NCBI GenBank assembly: GCA_038327925.1
Contig: JBBQLM010000020.1
Span: 9,569 to 73,568, forward strand
DNA length: 64,000 bases
Source: Burkholderiales bacterium
Lineage (GTDB): Bacteria; Pseudomonadota; Gammaproteobacteria; Burkholderiales; Burkholderiaceae_C
Direction: 5' to 3'
This document shows, piece after piece, positions 61,263 through 64,000 of this stretch (its first letter is position 1; each line of letters opens with the position of its first letter). Under the pieces are notes generated by a model, which made no database searches, had not been told where the DNA came from, and worked only from the letters and a program-made list of their open reading frames with translations. A program made the translations under genes and the position numbers.

Positions 61263-62456
61263 CTAGACGCGCTCAAAGATGCCTGCGGCACCCTGACCCG
61301 TGCCCACGCACATGGTCACCATGCCGTACTTCAGATTATGGCGACGCAGCGCGTGAATCACTGTCGCGGCCCGGATAGCACCGGTGGCGCCCAGCGGGTG
61401 GCCCAGGGCGATGGCGCCTCCCATGGGGTTGACCTTGGCGGGGTCCAGGCCCAGCGTGTTGACCACGGCCAACGACTGCGCGGCAAAGGCTTCGTTCAGC
61501 TCGAACCAGTCGATGTCGCTGTGCTGCAGGCCGGCGTAACGCAGCGCGGCGGGGATCGCCTCGATGGGGCCAATGCCCATGAGCTCGGGCGGCACGCCGC
61601 GCGCGGCGTAGGACACAAAGCGCGCCAGCGGCGTCAGGCCAAACTGCTTGACCGCCTTTTCGCTGGCCAGGATCAGCGCACCGGCGCCGTCGCTGGTCTG
61701 CGAGCTGTTGCCGGCGGTGACGCTGCCGCGCGCCGCAAATACCGGGCGCAGCTTGGCCAGGCCTTCGAGCGAGGTGTCAGGGCGTGGGCCTTCGTCCAGG
61801 CTCACGGTGCGGGTCTTGGTACGGACTTCGCCGGTGGCCAGGTCGGGCGTGCGTTCGATGACGTCGATGGGGGTGATCTCATCGGTGAACTCGCCGGCCT
61901 GCTGGGCCTTGATGGCACGCAGGTGGGATTCCAGCGCGAAGGCGTCTTGCGCCTCGCGGCTGACCTTCCACTGCTGGGCCACCTTTTCCGCGGTCAGGCC
62001 CATGCCGTAGGCGATGCCGATGTTCTCGTCACGCTCGAAGATCGCGGGGTTGAAGGAGGTCTTGTTGCCGCCCATGGGCACCATGCTCATGGACTCGGCA
62101 CCACCGGCAATCATGACGTCGGCCTCGCCCACGCGGATGCGGTCGGCGGCCATCTGGATGGCGGTCACGCCGGAGGCGCAGAAGCGGTTGACGGTGACGC
62201 CGCCCACTGGGTTGGCGAAGGCCAGGCCAGTGGCGATGCGGGCCATGTTCATGCCCTGCTCGCCCTCGGGGAAGGAGCAACCGATGATGGCGTCTTCAAT
62301 CGCCTTGGGGTCCAGCGTGGGCACCTGCAGCATGGCGCTGCGGATGGCGGCCACCAGCAGTTCGTCGGGGCGGGTGTTGCGGAAGTAGCCGCGACCGGAA
62401 CGCCCGATGGGCGTGCGGGTGGCCGCAACGATGTAGGCGTCTTGCACTTGTTTCAT
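61263..62456 (-). CDS. Acetyl-CoA C-acyltransferase (3-ketoacyl-CoA thiolase)
   Basis: ORF 61263..62591, start moved to ATG 62456 (MKQVQDAYIVAATRTPIGRS). Motifs: active-site Cys in NRFCASG, GHPLGATG, CVGTGQG. Confidence 0.9.
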   Translation of the reverse strand: MKQVQDAYIVAATRTPIGRSGRGYFRNTRPDELLVAAIRSAMLQVPTLDPKAIEDAIIGCSFPEGEQGMNMARIATGLAFANPVGGVTVNRFCASGVTAIQMAADRIRVGEADVMIAGGAESMSMVPMGGNKTSFNPAIFERDENIGIAYGMGLTAEKVAQQWKVSREAQDAFALESHLRAIKAQQAGEFTDEITPIDVIERTPDLATGEVRTKTRTVSLDEGPRPDTSLEGLAKLRPVFAARGSVTAGNSSQTSDGAGALILASEKAVKQFGLTPLARFVSYAARGVPPELMGIGPIEAIPAALRYAGLQHSDIDWFELNEAFAAQSLAVVNTLGLDPAKVNPMGGAIALGHPLGATGAIRAATVIHALRRHNLKYGMVTMCVGTGQGAAGIFERV

Positions 62457-62493
62457 GGAGTAACTCCTTTGGGATTCTGTAGAGGCCCCGGGC

Positions 62494-63027
62494 TCACGCC
62501 GGGACGCTGGAGGGATTGGGAGCTGCCGACTTCTTGGTCGGCACCCAGGCCCAGATGAATTCACACACAATGGGCTGTTCGCCCGAGGCATCGGTCACGG
62601 TCACGGGGACCACCACCTCGCCCTTGTCCTGGCTCTGCATCAGCTGGCGCTGCTGCGCACTCAGGTGCGCCACGGCGCGCATGTCGCCCTGGGTGCGGCG
62701 TTTGAACTGCACCTTGAGTTCCTTGGCCAGCGGCAGGCAGTCATCGCGCACATTCATGCCCACCACCATGCCGGTGGCGGTTTCCGCCAGCAGGGTCATG
62801 GCCGCGGCATGCACGCCCTGGATGTGGTTCTGCACACGGCGCTGGTTGGCAATGGCGATTTCCACCTTCTCGGGTGTCATCACGGCAAAGTCCAGACGCG
62901 CCGTACCGGTAAAGGGCACGGCACGACGCAACACGAGGTTGCGCACAAGCGAGCGCAACGGCGCGGGGACGGCCTCCAGTCGGGCCAGCGTGCGCGCCAG
63001 GCGGTTGGGGCGGGCGGTCGTGGACAT
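62494..63027 (-). CDS. Hotdog-fold protein (DUF4442/PaaI-like thioesterase, tentative)
   Basis: 177 aa. ...NHIQGVHAAAMTLLAETATG... is hotdog-like. It sits between the thiolase and the fadB-like gene. Confidence 0.6.
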   Translation of the reverse strand: MSTTARPNRLARTLARLEAVPAPLRSLVRNLVLRRAVPFTGTARLDFAVMTPEKVEIAIANQRRVQNHIQGVHAAAMTLLAETATGMVVGMNVRDDCLPLAKELKVQFKRRTQGDMRAVAHLSAQQRQLMQSQDKGEVVVPVTVTDASGEQPIVCEFIWAWVPTKKSAAPNPSSVPA

Positions 63028-63028
63028 G

Positions 63029-64000
63029 TCAGTTGCGCACGGGCTTGCCGGTGCTCATCATGCCCATGATGCGCTCTTGCGTCTTGGGATGGTTGAGCAG
63101 GCTGCAGAAGGCCTTGCGTTCCATGGCCATGAGGTATTCCTCGCTGACCAGGGTTCCGGCGTCCACCTGGCCACCACACACCACCTCGGCAATCAGCTTG
63201 CCAATGTGGAAGTCGTGCGCGCTGATGAAACCGCCGTCACGCATATTGACCAGTTGCGCCGAAATGGTGGCGATGCCGCTGCGGCCGGCCACCGGGAACA
63301 GGCGCTTGTGCGGTGCACGGTAGCCACCGGCAAACAGGGCCTTGGCCTCGTTGATGGCGACAAACAGCAGCTCGTCCTTGTGCGGCACGATGACGTCGCT
63401 CTCCAGCAGATAGCCCAGCTTGCGGCTTTCCAGCGCGCTGGTGCCAACCTTGGCCATGGCGGCGCCGGTGAAGCCTTCGGTCAGGAAGGGCAGCAGGTCC
63501 TTGGAGGTGGACAGTGCCATATTTTCAGCAGCGCGGCGGGCGATATAGGTCAGGCCACCGGCGCCGGGCACCAGGCCCACGCCCACTTCGACCAGACCGA
63601 TGTAACTCTCCATGGCCACGACACGACGGCTGGAATACACGGCCAGTTCGCAGCCGCCACCCAGGGCCAGGCCGCGCACGGCGGAGATGACCGGCACATT
63701 GGAGTAACGCAGCTTCAGCATGGCCTGCTGCATTTCTTCTTCCGCGCCACCGATGGCGGCGGCACCGCCCATCATGAAGGCCGGCAGCATGGATTGCAGA
63801 TCGGCGCCGGCGGAGAACATCTCGTCAGGCGACCAGATCACCAGACCCTGGTAGTCCTTCTCGGCCAGCGCCTGGCCTTGCAGCAGACCTTCGACGACAC
63901 CGGGGCCAATGGCGTGCATCTTGGTCTTGATGCTGGCGATCAGCACTTCGTTATCCAGCGTCCACAGGCGGATCGACTCGTCCTCGAACACGGTCGCACC
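63029..64000 (-). CDS. 3-hydroxyacyl-CoA dehydrogenase / enoyl-CoA hydratase multifunctional protein, C-terminal part (5' end outside window)
   Basis: The reading frame stays open to the window edge. It has a C-terminal crotonase-like domain (...FSAGADL..., ...VISAVRGLALGGGCELAV...). Confidence 0.8.
   Translation of the reverse strand, partial: GATVFEDESIRLWTLDNEVLIASIKTKMHAIGPGVVEGLLQGQALAEKDYQGLVIWSPDEMFSAGADLQSMLPAFMMGGAAAIGGAEEEMQQAMLKLRYSNVPVISAVRGLALGGGCELAVYSSRRVVAMESYIGLVEVGVGLVPGAGGLTYIARRAAENMALSTSKDLLPFLTEGFTGAAMAKVGTSALESRKLGYLLESDVIVPHKDELLFVAINEAKALFAGGYRAPHKRLFPVAGRSGIATISAQLVNMRDGGFISAHDFHIGKLIAEVVCGGQVDAGTLVSEEYLMAMERKAFCSLLNHPKTQERIMGMMSTGKPVRN

Overview
High-G+C proteobacterial chromosomal segment. 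Gene content (CreBC, RND efflux, RoxA, AlkB, beta-oxidation genes) and a dispersed ~57-bp intergenic repeat suggest a beta-proteobacterium, possibly Comamonadaceae; that placement is inference only. I call about 55 protein-coding genes and see no rRNA, tRNA or CRISPR array. All family assignments come from reading the translated ORFs; no searches were run.

Main content:
(1) 0.1-20.6 kb: an accessory-looking locus bracketed by two paralogous 7TM sensor kinases plus a LuxR/NarL-type response regulator. It encodes seven Sec-signal proteins and one cytoplasmic GT2-TPR glycosyltransferase, arranged in five minus-strand transcription units. Four proteins, plus one diverged copy, share an unrecognised ~250-aa C-terminal module ending ...TAQG(V/L)TV(K/T)P. 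Every unit, and the regulator genes themselves, is preceded by the same operator-like motif, TGTCACTAGTTCTGGGGACAGACA-N17-TAnnAT in gene sense. This is my best candidate for an undescribed system: a two-component-controlled, modular surface or secreted protein family that includes a collagen-like/tail-collar protein and the glycosyltransferase.
(2) 43.7-46.4 kb: a translationally coupled three-gene operon. It encodes a membrane protein, a radical-SAM/SPASM enzyme with an unknown ~200-aa extension, and a 144-aa protein ending in 13 consecutive Asn.
(3) 52.0-56.8 kb: a dedicated exosortase system comprising a VIT-vWA PEP-CTERM protein, an exosortase, an EpsI-like protein and a coupled GT51 peptidoglycan transglycosylase.
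(4) 49.9-51.9 kb: a low-G+C three-gene islet bounded by perfect 13-bp inverted repeats.
(5) Housekeeping or ordinary genes: M16 peptidase, roxA, transglutaminase-like protein, CoA-transferase, bestrophin, MarR/HpaR-like regulator, tapT, an RND efflux operon flanked by gene remnants, alkB, RIO kinase, Usp, GGDEF protein, creBC and a beta-oxidation cluster.

Many long antisense or alternate-frame ORFs in the track are G+C artefacts and were rejected.
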